Positions 1-7,728 are shown, counted from the stretch's first letter. The stretch: DNA of 31,930 nt from a virus (IMGVR_UViG_2565956721_000004:1-31930), one strand, 5' to 3'. Numbers and translations: made by a program. Notes: generated from the sequence alone by a model not told the origin.

Positions 1-169
1 TATCGCGTCCTCAACAATGAATTTTGTGATGCGGTGCCTGGTGCCTCCAGGTGACGTTAACCAGTTAACAATTAACGCCGGATACAGAGAATCCACCCAT
101 AACACTGTTTTTGGTTTTAACTGTTCCGCGTGCGCTGAGCCGCATTCACCGCATCACAAAATTCACTTT

Positions 170-228
170 AAAAAGGGCGGCAGAGCAGTCACGGAGTAGA
201 ACTGATACCGCCAAAAGTCACCAGAAAA
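170..228 (-). ncRNA. dicF: DicF-like small RNA (cell-division inhibitor sRNA of Qin-type prophages)
   Basis: Reverse complement of 175-227 reads TTTCTGGTGACTTTTGGCGGTATCAGTTCTACTCCGTGACTGCTCTGCCGCCC followed by a U-run (170-174). This is near-identical to the E. coli DicF sRNA as I recall it, and it lies directly downstream of the ydfC-like gene as in Qin. Confidence 0.75.
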
Positions 229-567
229 TTGATAACAGAGGGCGTTGCAGCGGAGTTGTCACTTAAGCGTATGGTCAACCTGACAACCCGGTGTCCTCAA
301 CGGGGAAGGAATAACCCCGCCATACTTACCGCCGCGCCATTTCGCGGAGTGCCACAACCGGAAGCGCACGGTCGACGAAAATTTAACGACAGGCTATCTG
401 TGAACCAGCTACCTCGCCGTGCGCTTTCGCGTTATGGTCTGACTTTTCAGGGAAATATCCTTTCAGTAAACTGTCAGTGCCGGATGCTCACCCGTGTCCG
501 GCGCACGCACTCCACCTCACCCGTGGAGAACTCCTTAATTACCAACCTTAGCTTCGTTGGTTAGCTA

Positions 568-786
568 TTAACGCGGGTATGTAATCATTCTGGCAATGCT
601 TAATGCCGCTGCTTTTTCCAGATTGGTGATATCCTGCTCCAGAGCGGACAGATTTTCAGCCTGCTTAGCCCTGGCTTCATTGGCCCATTTCAAATCCTGC
701 GCTGCATTAATTTTCTGGCGCATCCACTCATAAAGTTCATCATTGGTATAGTCTGGCGCGATGATGACGGGTTCTCGTTTCTGCAT
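568..786 (-). CDS. ydfC: YdfC-like small protein of the dicB-type operon
   Basis: 72-aa ORF with GAGGAA Shine-Dalgarno upstream; sequence and position (between ydfB-like gene and dicF) match Qin YdfC from memory. Confidence 0.7.
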   Translation of the reverse strand: MQKREPVIIAPDYTNDELYEWMRQKINAAQDLKWANEARAKQAENLSALEQDITNLEKAAALSIARMITYPR

Positions 787-815
787 ACTGATTCCTCGCG
801 GTGCTGCTTCGCTTA

Positions 816-944
816 TCAGCCGTTAGATTTTGCCGAGCTGGAAAGCGCCTGTTTAAACTCACTGAAGCTGAGAGCTTCTTCGCCTTCGGCAAGGCCTTCG
901 AAGTATTCTTCGTAAGCCTTTTCCATGATTGTGTCGAAATCCAT
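816..944 (-). CDS. ydfB: YdfB-like small protein (42 aa, below the ORF-track cutoff)
   Basis: Own translation of minus strand: MDFDTIMEKAYEEYFEGLAEGEEALSFSEFKQALSSSAKSNG, with AGGTGAG upstream; tandem with ydfA/ydfC-like genes. The overlapping track ORFs 740-949(-) and 801-998(+) are in other frames and look spurious. Confidence 0.6.
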   Translation of the reverse strand: MDFDTIMEKAYEEYFEGLAEGEEALSFSEFKQALSSSAKSNG

Positions 945-945
945 A

Positions 946-1101
946 TCACTCACCTGAGTTTCTTTCCAGCCAGCGACGGGCACCATTTTCGGTTTTAAAC
1001 GTTTTGCTTTTGGTATACGTCATCGCGGTGAACGTACCGTCCTGGTTGGGGAACACGCCACATACCAGAGATTCGCTGTTGCCAAGATCGATAGTATCCA
1101 T
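946..1101 (-). CDS. ydfA: YdfA-like protein (DUF1391-type), 51 aa
   Basis: Internal Met of track ORF 946-1182 gives MDTIDLGNSESLVCGVFPNQDGTFTAMTYTKSKTFKTENGARRWLERNSGE with GAGGT Shine-Dalgarno; matches Qin YdfA from memory. The longer upstream extension lacks an RBS. Confidence 0.7.
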   Translation of the reverse strand: MDTIDLGNSESLVCGVFPNQDGTFTAMTYTKSKTFKTENGARRWLERNSGE

Positions 1102-1288
1102 GCTGACCTCATTTCCCCTTAACGCCGGGGTAGCGGAACAAAAACCTGCTGCATAGTTATTAAAGTTGAACCCTGCCGTCATGTTCTTACGCCTCGGGCT
1201 GGCTACTTAACCCCTGACCACTGCCTGGTAACTCGAAGTATTGCCCTGCATTCTGTGGGACGGGGTGGGTTGGTATGAAAGGAAGGAT

Positions 1289-1331
1289 ACCTATGGGTAT
1301 TCAAAAAGTAAATACCCATAGGTAATTTTTT
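1289..1331. promoter_or_regulatory. Perfect 14-bp inverted repeat (TACCTATGGGTATT / AATACCCATAGGTA, 8-nt spacer) followed by T7: operator or + strand terminator between repressor gene end and ydfA promoter region
   Basis: Seen directly in sequence (1289-1302 and 1311-1324, T-run 1325-1331). Function is inferred from position only. Confidence 0.35.
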
Positions 1332-1367
1332 TGGTGTGTCTTAACTGGTGACTGGTTGTTTGGTGAG

Positions 1368-1787
1368 TTATGATGCGTTTTGTGCTTTCTTTTTACGGAT
1401 TTCTTCGTAGATCATATTGTAATACTGTTTTTTCTCTTCAAGAGTTTTTAATAAGTTATCCGCTTCACTTTCTGGCAGTTCGTCTAAGAGATCTAAAAAA
1501 ATACGTTGTCGTGGCGTTAGAACCCTTGTTTCATAATTGGAGGCTGTGTTCGTTGATGATGAAACGATACCATCCATCCATCCCCGGGGTAACCCAAAGG
1601 ACTCTTCTATAATCTCCACCATATCATCAGCGATCCGTTTTTTTCCTTTTTTCCCCTCTGGGTACAACATTCTTGATACATAAGAAGGCTCGCGACCGAT
1701 CTTTCTGGCCACGTTAACCGCTTTACCATCGCATTGCTCATCACGAATTTTGATGAGTTGTTGTCGTCTAAATTCATATTTGTCCAT
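1368..1787 (-). CDS. CI/DicA-like phage repressor (HTH)
   Basis: 139 aa from internal Met MDKYEF...; basic N-terminal region and C-terminal LTPRQRIFLDLLDELPESEADNLL resembling the DicA C-terminus (recalled). It is divergent from the Cro-like gene and co-oriented with the ydfABC-dicF operon. Start choice is uncertain (track ORF extends to 1829). Confidence 0.65.
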   Translation of the reverse strand: MDKYEFRRQQLIKIRDEQCDGKAVNVARKIGREPSYVSRMLYPEGKKGKKRIADDMVEIIEESFGLPRGWMDGIVSSSTNTASNYETRVLTPRQRIFLDLLDELPESEADNLLKTLEEKKQYYNMIYEEIRKKKAQNAS

Positions 1788-1813
1788 AGGTAAATAATAG
1801 ATGCGATTACCGC

Positions 1814-1862
1814 AAGGTAAACAACCCAAGGGTATTGACTTTTGTTTACCTGTAGGTATTCT
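1814..1862 (+). promoter_or_regulatory. Divergent immunity promoter/operator region: -35 TTGACT (1835-1840), 16-bp spacer, -10 TATTCT (1857-1862); 10-bp inverted repeat AGGTAAACAA / TTGTTTACCT (1815-1824 / 1842-1851)
   Basis: Sigma70-like hexamers and inverted repeat read directly; they lie between the divergent repressor and cro-like genes. Confidence 0.4.
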
Positions 1863-1887
1863 TTGCTGTGTTTACTAAGGAGTAGCT

Positions 1888-2169
1888 ATGGAAGAATTAA
1901 GAATATTTCTCAATTCTCTTTCGTCAGATGAACAGCGTATGTTTGCATGTGAGTGTGGTACTAGCATCGGTTATCTAAGAAAGGCATTGAGTAAAGGTCA
2001 AATGTTAGGGGCATCGTTATGTGTCCTTATTGAGCGAGCCAGTAATGGTGAAGTTACACGTCAGCAACTAAGGCCTTTTGATTGGATGAATATTTGGCCC
2101 GAGCTGGAAGATACCAAAACGTTAACACAACCACTTACTAGGAGCTTGATTCATGAAAATCAAGCATGA
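1888..2169 (+). CDS. Cro-like DNA-binding protein, YdaS family (DUF1019-like)
   Basis: AAGGAG RBS 6 nt upstream. Motif CGTSIGYLRKALSKG...ASLCVLIERASNGEVTRQQLRPFDW parallels Rac YdaS (GGQSAMARLLGVS...ERCPAIERATRGEVLCEELRPDIDW) as recalled. Confidence 0.7.
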   Translation: MEELRIFLNSLSSDEQRMFACECGTSIGYLRKALSKGQMLGASLCVLIERASNGEVTRQQLRPFDWMNIWPELEDTKTLTQPLTRSLIHENQA

Positions 2170-2578
2170 ACACATCCGCATGGCGATGAATGCCTGGGCG
2201 CGTCCTGATGGCGAAAAAGTTCCAGCAGCTGGAATAACCCAGGCTTATTTTGAGTTGGGTATGACGTTTCCTGAACTGTATGACGACAGCCATCCGGAAG
2301 CCCTGGCTCGCAATACCCAGAAAATTTTCCGCTGGATAGAGAAAGACACCCCTGATGCAGTTGAAAAAATTCAGGCGTTGTTACCAGCGATCGAAAAGGC
2401 AATGCCACCTTTGCTGGTGGCCAGAATGCGCAGCCACAGTTCAGCTTATTTTCGGGAGCTGGTGGAGACGCGGGAGCGACTGGTGAGAGACGCTGATGAT
2501 TTTGTCGCAGTGGCAATCGCCGGTTTCAATCAGATGAACCGTGGTGGCCCGGCAGGAAATGCTGTGGCAGTACATTGA
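2153..2578 (+). CDS. YdaT-like protein (Rac-type toxic partner of YdaS)
   Basis: Begins MKIKHEHI, the same N-terminus I recall for Rac YdaT; start overlaps the end of the cro-like gene (translational coupling). Confidence 0.6.
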   Translation: MKIKHEHIRMAMNAWARPDGEKVPAAGITQAYFELGMTFPELYDDSHPEALARNTQKIFRWIEKDTPDAVEKIQALLPAIEKAMPPLLVARMRSHSSAYFRELVETRERLVRDADDFVAVAIAGFNQMNRGGPAGNAVAVH

Positions 2579-2649
2579 CTGACAATAGCCATATCGAATC
2601 GCTTCCGGCAACTCGTGAGTAAAAAGATTCGGTATCAGAAGAGGTGAGT

Positions 2650-3720
2650 ATGGCTAACGCCTGGCTCAGATTATGGCATGACATGCCAAATGACCCTAAG
2701 TGGCGAACAATTGCCAGGGTGTCAGGGCAGCCAATTGCAACAGTGATGGCAGTGTATATCCACCTCCTGGTGAGCGCGTCACGAAATGTCACGCGAGGTC
2801 ACATTGATGTCACGACAGAAGATTTGGCAAGTGCGCTCGACGTGACAGAAGAGGTAATTGATTCAATTTTGCAGACGATGCAGGGGCGGGTACTTGATGG
2901 TGATTTAATCACTGGATGGGAAAAACGCCAGGTGCTGAAAGAGGACAACGGCAATATTTCGCAAACCGCAAAATCTCCTGCAGAGCGCAAGAGGGCGCAG
3001 CGAGAGAGGGAAAAAATGCGGGAACAAAATGGCGATTGTCACGGCGCGTCACGAAATGTCACGCACATGTCACGACAAGTCACGACAGATAAAGATACAG
3101 ATAGAGATACAGATAAAGAAGATCAAAACACTATGGTCCATGGCGTAAAAAACGCCACGAACCATGTAGGGGATGTTCAGACCGTCACTCCTGGCCAGCC
3201 CGCAGGCACGACACCGGAAGCCGATTCAGCGTATGCGCTGAAAGCCGATTCGGGCGCTGTGCAGCAGGCGATGACCGCAGGGCCGGAGCAATCACACCAA
3301 CTGCAGCAGCCTGAAGCCGATTCCGCCATTCAGCGGGAAGCCGATCGGGTAGTCCCGGAAAACACCGGGCAGCCTGTGGGACGAGTGGATTATCCGGATG
3401 TGTTCGAACAGGTCTGGCGGGAATACCCGTTACGAGCCGGGGCAAACCCGAAGAAATCCGCTTTCAGTGCCTGGAAGGCCAGATTACGCGAGGGGGTGCC
3501 ACCAGAGGCCATGCTGGATGGTGTGAGGCGTTACACAAGATACCTAGCTGCTACCGGGAAAACGGGAACGGAATTTGTTCAGCGAGCGACGACGTTTTTT
3601 GGACCGGACCGGAATTTTGAAAACCCCTGGTTGCTCCCGGTAAGCGGCACGAACAACCAGCGTTGTGTTAATCATATTTCTGAACCGGACACCGAAATTC
3701 CGCCGGGATTCAGAGGGTAA
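2650..3720 (+). CDS. Phage replication initiator / replisome organizer (YdaU/DUF1376-like N-terminus) carrying internal origin iterons
   Basis: ATG at 2650 with AGAAGAGG RBS (track starts at GTG 2644). N-terminus AWLRLWHDMPNDPKWRTIA resembles replisome-organizer N-domains. Position after cro/ydaT is typical. Contains the iteron clusters listed below. Confidence 0.6.
   Translation: MANAWLRLWHDMPNDPKWRTIARVSGQPIATVMAVYIHLLVSASRNVTRGHIDVTTEDLASALDVTEEVIDSILQTMQGRVLDGDLITGWEKRQVLKEDNGNISQTAKSPAERKRAQREREKMREQNGDCHGASRNVTHMSRQVTTDKDTDRDTDKEDQNTMVHGVKNATNHVGDVQTVTPGQPAGTTPEADSAYALKADSGAVQQAMTAGPEQSHQLQQPEADSAIQREADRVVPENTGQPVGRVDYPDVFEQVWREYPLRAGANPKKSAFSAWKARLREGVPPEAMLDGVRRYTRYLAATGKTGTEFVQRATTFFGPDRNFENPWLLPVSGTNNQRCVNHISEPDTEIPPGFRG
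2774..2816. repeat. Iteron cluster 1: four GTCAC(G/A) repeats phased ~10-11 bp (2778, 2788, 2798, 2809)
   Basis: Read directly. The 21-mer GCGCGTCACGAAATGTCACGC (2774-2794) recurs identically at 3044-3064. Confidence 0.6.
3038..3125. repeat. Iteron cluster 2: five GTCACG repeats phased 10-11 bp (3038, 3048, 3058, 3069, 3079) followed by GATA-rich A/T stretch (3088-3125); candidate phage origin of replication
   Basis: Read directly. The architecture (helically phased iterons plus adjacent A/T-rich DNA inside the initiator gene) mirrors lambda ori inside gene O. Confidence 0.6.
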
Positions 3721-3757
3721 CAGATTTCAGGTCATGGGGTAATTTTCAGGAGGGCTT

Positions 3758-4174
3758 GTGGCAAAAGTTTTTACTCCCGAACTGCGGGAAGAAGTGAAGG
3801 CGCGCATTGTGGAACTGGTACGCAGAGATGGGCGAAAAACGCGTAAACAACTGGAAAATGAAACCGGGGCGACGAGACACCTGATAGAAGTTCTGGTGAA
3901 AGAGCTGGTAGTTAGTGGCGCAGTATATGGTTCAGGACATGGAATATTTCCTTCGGAGCAGGCTCGTAAGGACTGGGGAAAAGCCCGCAAAAAAATGTCG
4001 AGAGCGGCAGTGAAAAAGAAGAGCGACCCTGACCTGATTTATTCATTGCTAGATGGCGAAATACGCCGTTACAACAGACGACAGAATATAATTTGTCGCG
4101 AGTGTCGTCAGAGCGAAGTTATGCAGCGCATACTGGAATTTTATCAGGGAAATGTTCGGTATTTATTGAAGTGA
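3758..4174 (+). CDS. Hypothetical basic protein (possible replication/regulatory accessory)
   Basis: GTG start with strong AGGAGG RBS (3748-3753); 138 aa, Lys/Arg-rich; no recognisable catalytic motif. Confidence 0.5.
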   Translation: MAKVFTPELREEVKARIVELVRRDGRKTRKQLENETGATRHLIEVLVKELVVSGAVYGSGHGIFPSEQARKDWGKARKKMSRAAVKKKSDPDLIYSLLDGEIRRYNRRQNIICRECRQSEVMQRILEFYQGNVRYLLK

Positions 4175-4310
4175 CGAAATTAAAGAGCATTAGTTCAGAT
4201 ATTAATTGACACTTCGATGGCACAGGCCCAGACCTAGTCTGGTTGTCAGCTTTGAGCCAGGTGAACGTTGGTATCGTTAGTTTGTATTAATCAACGGAGA
4301 ATAGGCCAAA

Positions 4311-4340
4311 TGACTTTTCTTTGCTTCTTTTAATTATAAT
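4311..4340 (+). promoter_or_regulatory. Candidate promoter for the STAND gene: -35 TGACTT (4311-4316), 18-bp spacer, -10 TATAAT (4335-4340)
   Basis: Consensus -10 hexamer in an AT-rich 230-bp intergenic region upstream of 4409. Confidence 0.3.
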
Positions 4341-4408
4341 TCAAGTTCAATTGATTACATTGAAGTACTAATGTGAGTCCGTCAAACAAATAGCTCAAGG
4401 AATAGGCC

Positions 4409-7207
4409 ATGTGGGGAAGTGAAAACAAACAAAATCTGGACGTACTGGATCCTGTGCAGTTGGTGCGTATCGAAGCGGTACACCGGGGGTTCCTTTACCA
4501 GCATCTTTACGCTGTAGGCTGCTTACTTTTGGCGCAGAGGGCTGCTATGGACTCAGTAACTGTCGAGCTTGATGAGGATATTGAGCTGAAATCCAAACAG
4601 GAACGTCTCTACATTCAGGTTAAAACCCGTTCAAAACCTATTATGCCCAACGATGTGTCGGGGGCTCTGGAGCGATTTGTAAAGCTCAGAAATGAGCATA
4701 CTTCGGCAAACCGCGAAGGGGTGGCTTCTTTTGTGATTATTGTAAACCAGGCGCCTGGACCGCTGCTTCAGAAGATGATTGACGATAAAAAGCTTCCTTC
4801 TGATGTTCTTATTGTCTGGCCCCAGTCGATAGCTGGACGTCACCCGGCACTTCCGCCCGCATGGAGTACTCTGGCTGATGCGGCCACATGGTGTATCGCA
4901 GAAGCAGAAAAGCTGAAATTTTCACTATTGTCCCCAGAATCCTTGATTTGGAAGTTAGCAGGATTGGTTCAGCTTGCCGCCACCGGAGGCGATACCAATG
5001 GACAACATACGTTTTTCACGGAAGAACTTACTGAACTATTTGAACAGTTGATCGTTCAGCTACAGGACTTTCCTGCACCACCAGCACTGTACCGCCCACA
5101 AAACGAAGAACCTTCTCTCACATCTGGTGAGCGGATCCGTATCCTTTGTGGACTCTCAGGTGCAGGCAAGACAGCTTGGGCCGCACAGGCCGCATTACAC
5201 TCCACTGCACTTTGTGCTTATTACGACACCGGTGATCTTCCCGGTCCAGCTCTGGCCAGTACGCTGGTGCGCGAGATGGCTGCTAGATTTACAGCCCGTG
5301 ACCAAGACGGTTTGCGCAGGATTTTGCTCCCCGGTGCCAGTGGTTTTGAGGCTCTTAGGAGTTTTGATACCTACCTGAAAGAGCAGGGTACCACCTTGGT
5401 GCTGGTTCTGGATAACGCCCATCGTGTACCTGCGGAAAATCTACGGGATGTTCTGAATGCAACTACACATATTCGTTTTGTGCTGTTGTGCCAGCCTCAC
5501 GAAAACGTTCGCGAACTGGAGGTCATGACGGGGCTACAGCGCGAGGGCCTGCAGGGATGGAATCTCGATACGGTAGCTGTCGTTGTAAACGATATCGGAG
5601 GATTTGCCACCGCTATGGGATACGAGCAGCTACGGGCTTACACTGGTGGTCTTCCCCTGTATGTAGAGAGCGCCGCAAAAATCGCCGTTTCTGATTATGA
5701 GCGTAATGTCGATGCTCTGTGTGCTGAACTCCAGCAACAAACCCATACTGCGGAAACCGCCCAAGAAATTATTCTGTCACGTGTATTTCAGGGATTTGAA
5801 TCACTACTTCAGAGCGCGCTGGCATTGTTCAGTCTCTCTGACGTAGGGCTGAGTCGCGAAGAGATTTCTACGCTCCTAATCAATTCGCTGAACATTTCAC
5901 CAAGCAGTGCGGCTTCTTTAATTAGGAAAATGCGCGCTACTGGCACTATTGAAATTTATGGAAACCAGACCCTGAAGGTACATGATGCTGTCAGGGGGCT
6001 AGGACTGCAACATCTGGAACTGATGGATCAGGGTATATCGAACAAAGCGCTACTAGCGCTGAAAGACCTTTTAGTTGAAAGTCTTCATAATACCCGCAAT
6101 ACAAAACGGTTATCGTTGTTGACTCAACTTTATATTAAGCTCAATGATGTCACGACGTTGATCGAACTCTCAGGCCAAGAAATGTTTTATGAGATGGGCG
6201 TGACGGTCGACATTCTTGCAAGCTTGGAGCGTGCTGCAACATCGGACTTATTGGGACCTGTTCATAAATTCTGGGCATTGGATGGCCTTGTTTTCGTTGA
6301 GCTTAAAGACGGAATATCCGACCACATTGCTCAGAGGTTAAACATCATGGGAGCTTTACTTGCGGAGCACAAGTTCGGCTATCAAGAAGAGATGGCCTAT
6401 GCAATGAAACGAATGTTATTTTCGGCAGAAAGCAATGATGCACGAGAAGTTCAAAAGCTGGCACAGGAAGTCCGCCCCCAACTCCCAGATGAAGAACATA
6501 AACGCATCTTTGACTACAACCATGCCATTGCACTCTGGAGATTAAAAAAACTCAAGGATGCTGAAACATTAAGCTGTAATGTTATACAAGGGTACTATTC
6601 TTTATTTGGTATCACACCTGCTGATGTCATAGGAAAAAACGCCGACGCATTATGGAAAACTATTAATCATTCCGAAAATATGCAGGAACACTTTAAACAT
6701 ATGGCTGATGCTCTGGAGTTGCTGGCCAGAATTCGTGATGCGCAGGGAAAACTGTCACCATTACTGCGTATTCATTCGATGAAGTTCTACAATCTGGCCA
6801 TGGCCCCGGAATCCATGGTCAGGGTGGGCCAAGATCTGGCGGATGAGTTTGTTGCCATAAAGGATTACGACGGTGCCAAGGAAGTCATGGAGCAACATGT
6901 CCTGCCGGTTGTCAATGAGGCAGGTCTAGTACATCGACTGATTCAGGTTCGAAGCCAATACGCAGTCATATTGGCACTATCGGGTCAGCATAAAGCAGCT
7001 GATGTCGAAATGCAGCGCCTTGCTCCCTATATCGAAGGCCTCACAGGTGTACAGCGTCAAGAAATCCAAAATCAATCAAATTACATCGTACAGCTTGCCC
7101 ATAAAGCAGCAAAGACTAAATTAACTGAAGTTTTTGGTGCGGTCGGCCGGAATGAACAATGCCCCTGTGGCTCGGGAATAAAGTACAAAAAATGTCACGG
7201 TGCCTGA
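4409..7207 (+). CDS. STAND-type P-loop NTPase with N-terminal Mrr-like nuclease-type domain, TPR-like helical C-terminal region and terminal SEC-C zinc motif (candidate antiphage sensor)
   Basis: 932-aa ORF with AAGGA RBS. Motifs read from the translation: D55...Q70-V-K72 (hhhQxK, Mrr/PD-(D/E)xK-like); Walker A G248-LSGAGKT255 (nt 5150-5173); Walker B L330-VLVLDN336; GLPL motif 414-417 (NB-ARC/STAND hallmark); long helical repeat region; C918-P-C920-GSGIKYKK-C929-H930 (SEC-C type). Fold and function are inferred. Confidence 0.85.
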   Translation: MWGSENKQNLDVLDPVQLVRIEAVHRGFLYQHLYAVGCLLLAQRAAMDSVTVELDEDIELKSKQERLYIQVKTRSKPIMPNDVSGALERFVKLRNEHTSANREGVASFVIIVNQAPGPLLQKMIDDKKLPSDVLIVWPQSIAGRHPALPPAWSTLADAATWCIAEAEKLKFSLLSPESLIWKLAGLVQLAATGGDTNGQHTFFTEELTELFEQLIVQLQDFPAPPALYRPQNEEPSLTSGERIRILCGLSGAGKTAWAAQAALHSTALCAYYDTGDLPGPALASTLVREMAARFTARDQDGLRRILLPGASGFEALRSFDTYLKEQGTTLVLVLDNAHRVPAENLRDVLNATTHIRFVLLCQPHENVRELEVMTGLQREGLQGWNLDTVAVVVNDIGGFATAMGYEQLRAYTGGLPLYVESAAKIAVSDYERNVDALCAELQQQTHTAETAQEIILSRVFQGFESLLQSALALFSLSDVGLSREEISTLLINSLNISPSSAASLIRKMRATGTIEIYGNQTLKVHDAVRGLGLQHLELMDQGISNKALLALKDLLVESLHNTRNTKRLSLLTQLYIKLNDVTTLIELSGQEMFYEMGVTVDILASLERAATSDLLGPVHKFWALDGLVFVELKDGISDHIAQRLNIMGALLAEHKFGYQEEMAYAMKRMLFSAESNDAREVQKLAQEVRPQLPDEEHKRIFDYNHAIALWRLKKLKDAETLSCNVIQGYYSLFGITPADVIGKNADALWKTINHSENMQEHFKHMADALELLARIRDAQGKLSPLLRIHSMKFYNLAMAPESMVRVGQDLADEFVAIKDYDGAKEVMEQHVLPVVNEAGLVHRLIQVRSQYAVILALSGQHKAADVEMQRLAPYIEGLTGVQRQEIQNQSNYIVQLAHKAAKTKLTEVFGAVGRNEQCPCGSGIKYKKCHGA

Positions 7208-7484
7208 GTCTTTGTACGACCATGCGGGCCTTATTGTCTTGCTATTGCTCTTATGGTTCGCCTTTCTGATTGATTTCATATTGGCGAGGTGACGGGAGTT
7301 AAGTAGAATGGCTGCGGGTGCTTGAGGCTATCTGTCTCAGGCATGAACACCAAAGGCAGATAGAGAAAAGCCCCAGTTAACATTACGCGTCCTGCAAGAC
7401 GCTTAACATTAATCTGAGGCTCAATCTATGAACGGCAAATCTAGGTTAGCCTCTTACGTGCCGAAAGGCAAGGAGAAGCAGGCT

Positions 7485-7640
7485 ATGAAGCAGCAAAAGG
7501 CGATGTTAATCGCCCTGATCGTCATCTGTTTAACCGTCATTGTGACGGCACTGGTAACGAGGAAAGACCTCTGCGAGGTACGAATCCGAACCGGCCAGAC
7601 GGAGGTCGCTGTCTTCACAGCTTACGAACCTGAGGAGTAA
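7485..7640 (+). CDS. hokD: Hok/Gef-family type I toxin (HokD/RelF-like), with overlapping upstream mok-like frame starting 7428
   Basis: 51 aa MKQQKAMLIALIVICLTVIVTALVTRKDLCEVRIRTGQTEVAVFTAYEPEE: single transmembrane helix plus conserved Hok C-terminal motif; matches HokD as I recall it. Confidence 0.8.
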   Translation: MKQQKAMLIALIVICLTVIVTALVTRKDLCEVRIRTGQTEVAVFTAYEPEE

Positions 7641-7708
7641 GAGACCTGGCGGGGGAGAAATCCCTCGCCACCTCTGATGTGTCAGGCATCCTCAACGCAC
7701 CCGCACTT

Positions 7709-7728
7709 AACCCGCTTCGGCGTTTTTT
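7709..7728 (+). terminator. Short GC hairpin (CCGCTTCGGCG) + T6 after hok
   Basis: Read directly; stem is short, so strength is uncertain. Confidence 0.35.

Noticed and set aside
229-564. 111-aa plus-strand ORF
   Set aside because: Starts inside the dicF complement region and runs antisense toward the ydfC-like gene; Arg-rich translation with no RBS. The region is better explained by dicF plus its 3' flank.
740-949. 69-aa minus-strand ORF and 801-998 plus-strand ORF
   Set aside because: Both overlap the 42-aa ydfB-like gene (816-944) in other frames; the ydfB-like frame has an SD and matches the expected operon order.
3091-3125. GATACAGATAGAGATACAGATAAAG as a possible GATC/Dam or DnaA-box cluster
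   Set aside because: Contains no GATC sites and no TTATCCACA-like DnaA box; it is better explained as the A/T-rich flank of the iteron array.
4631-6533. Short ORFs overlapping the STAND gene (4631-4843 minus, 5127-5378 plus, 5195-5422 minus, 5488-5694 plus, 6345-6533 minus)
   Set aside because: All are nested in alternative frames of the 932-aa ORF, which carries coherent NTPase motifs; no RBS and low-complexity translations.
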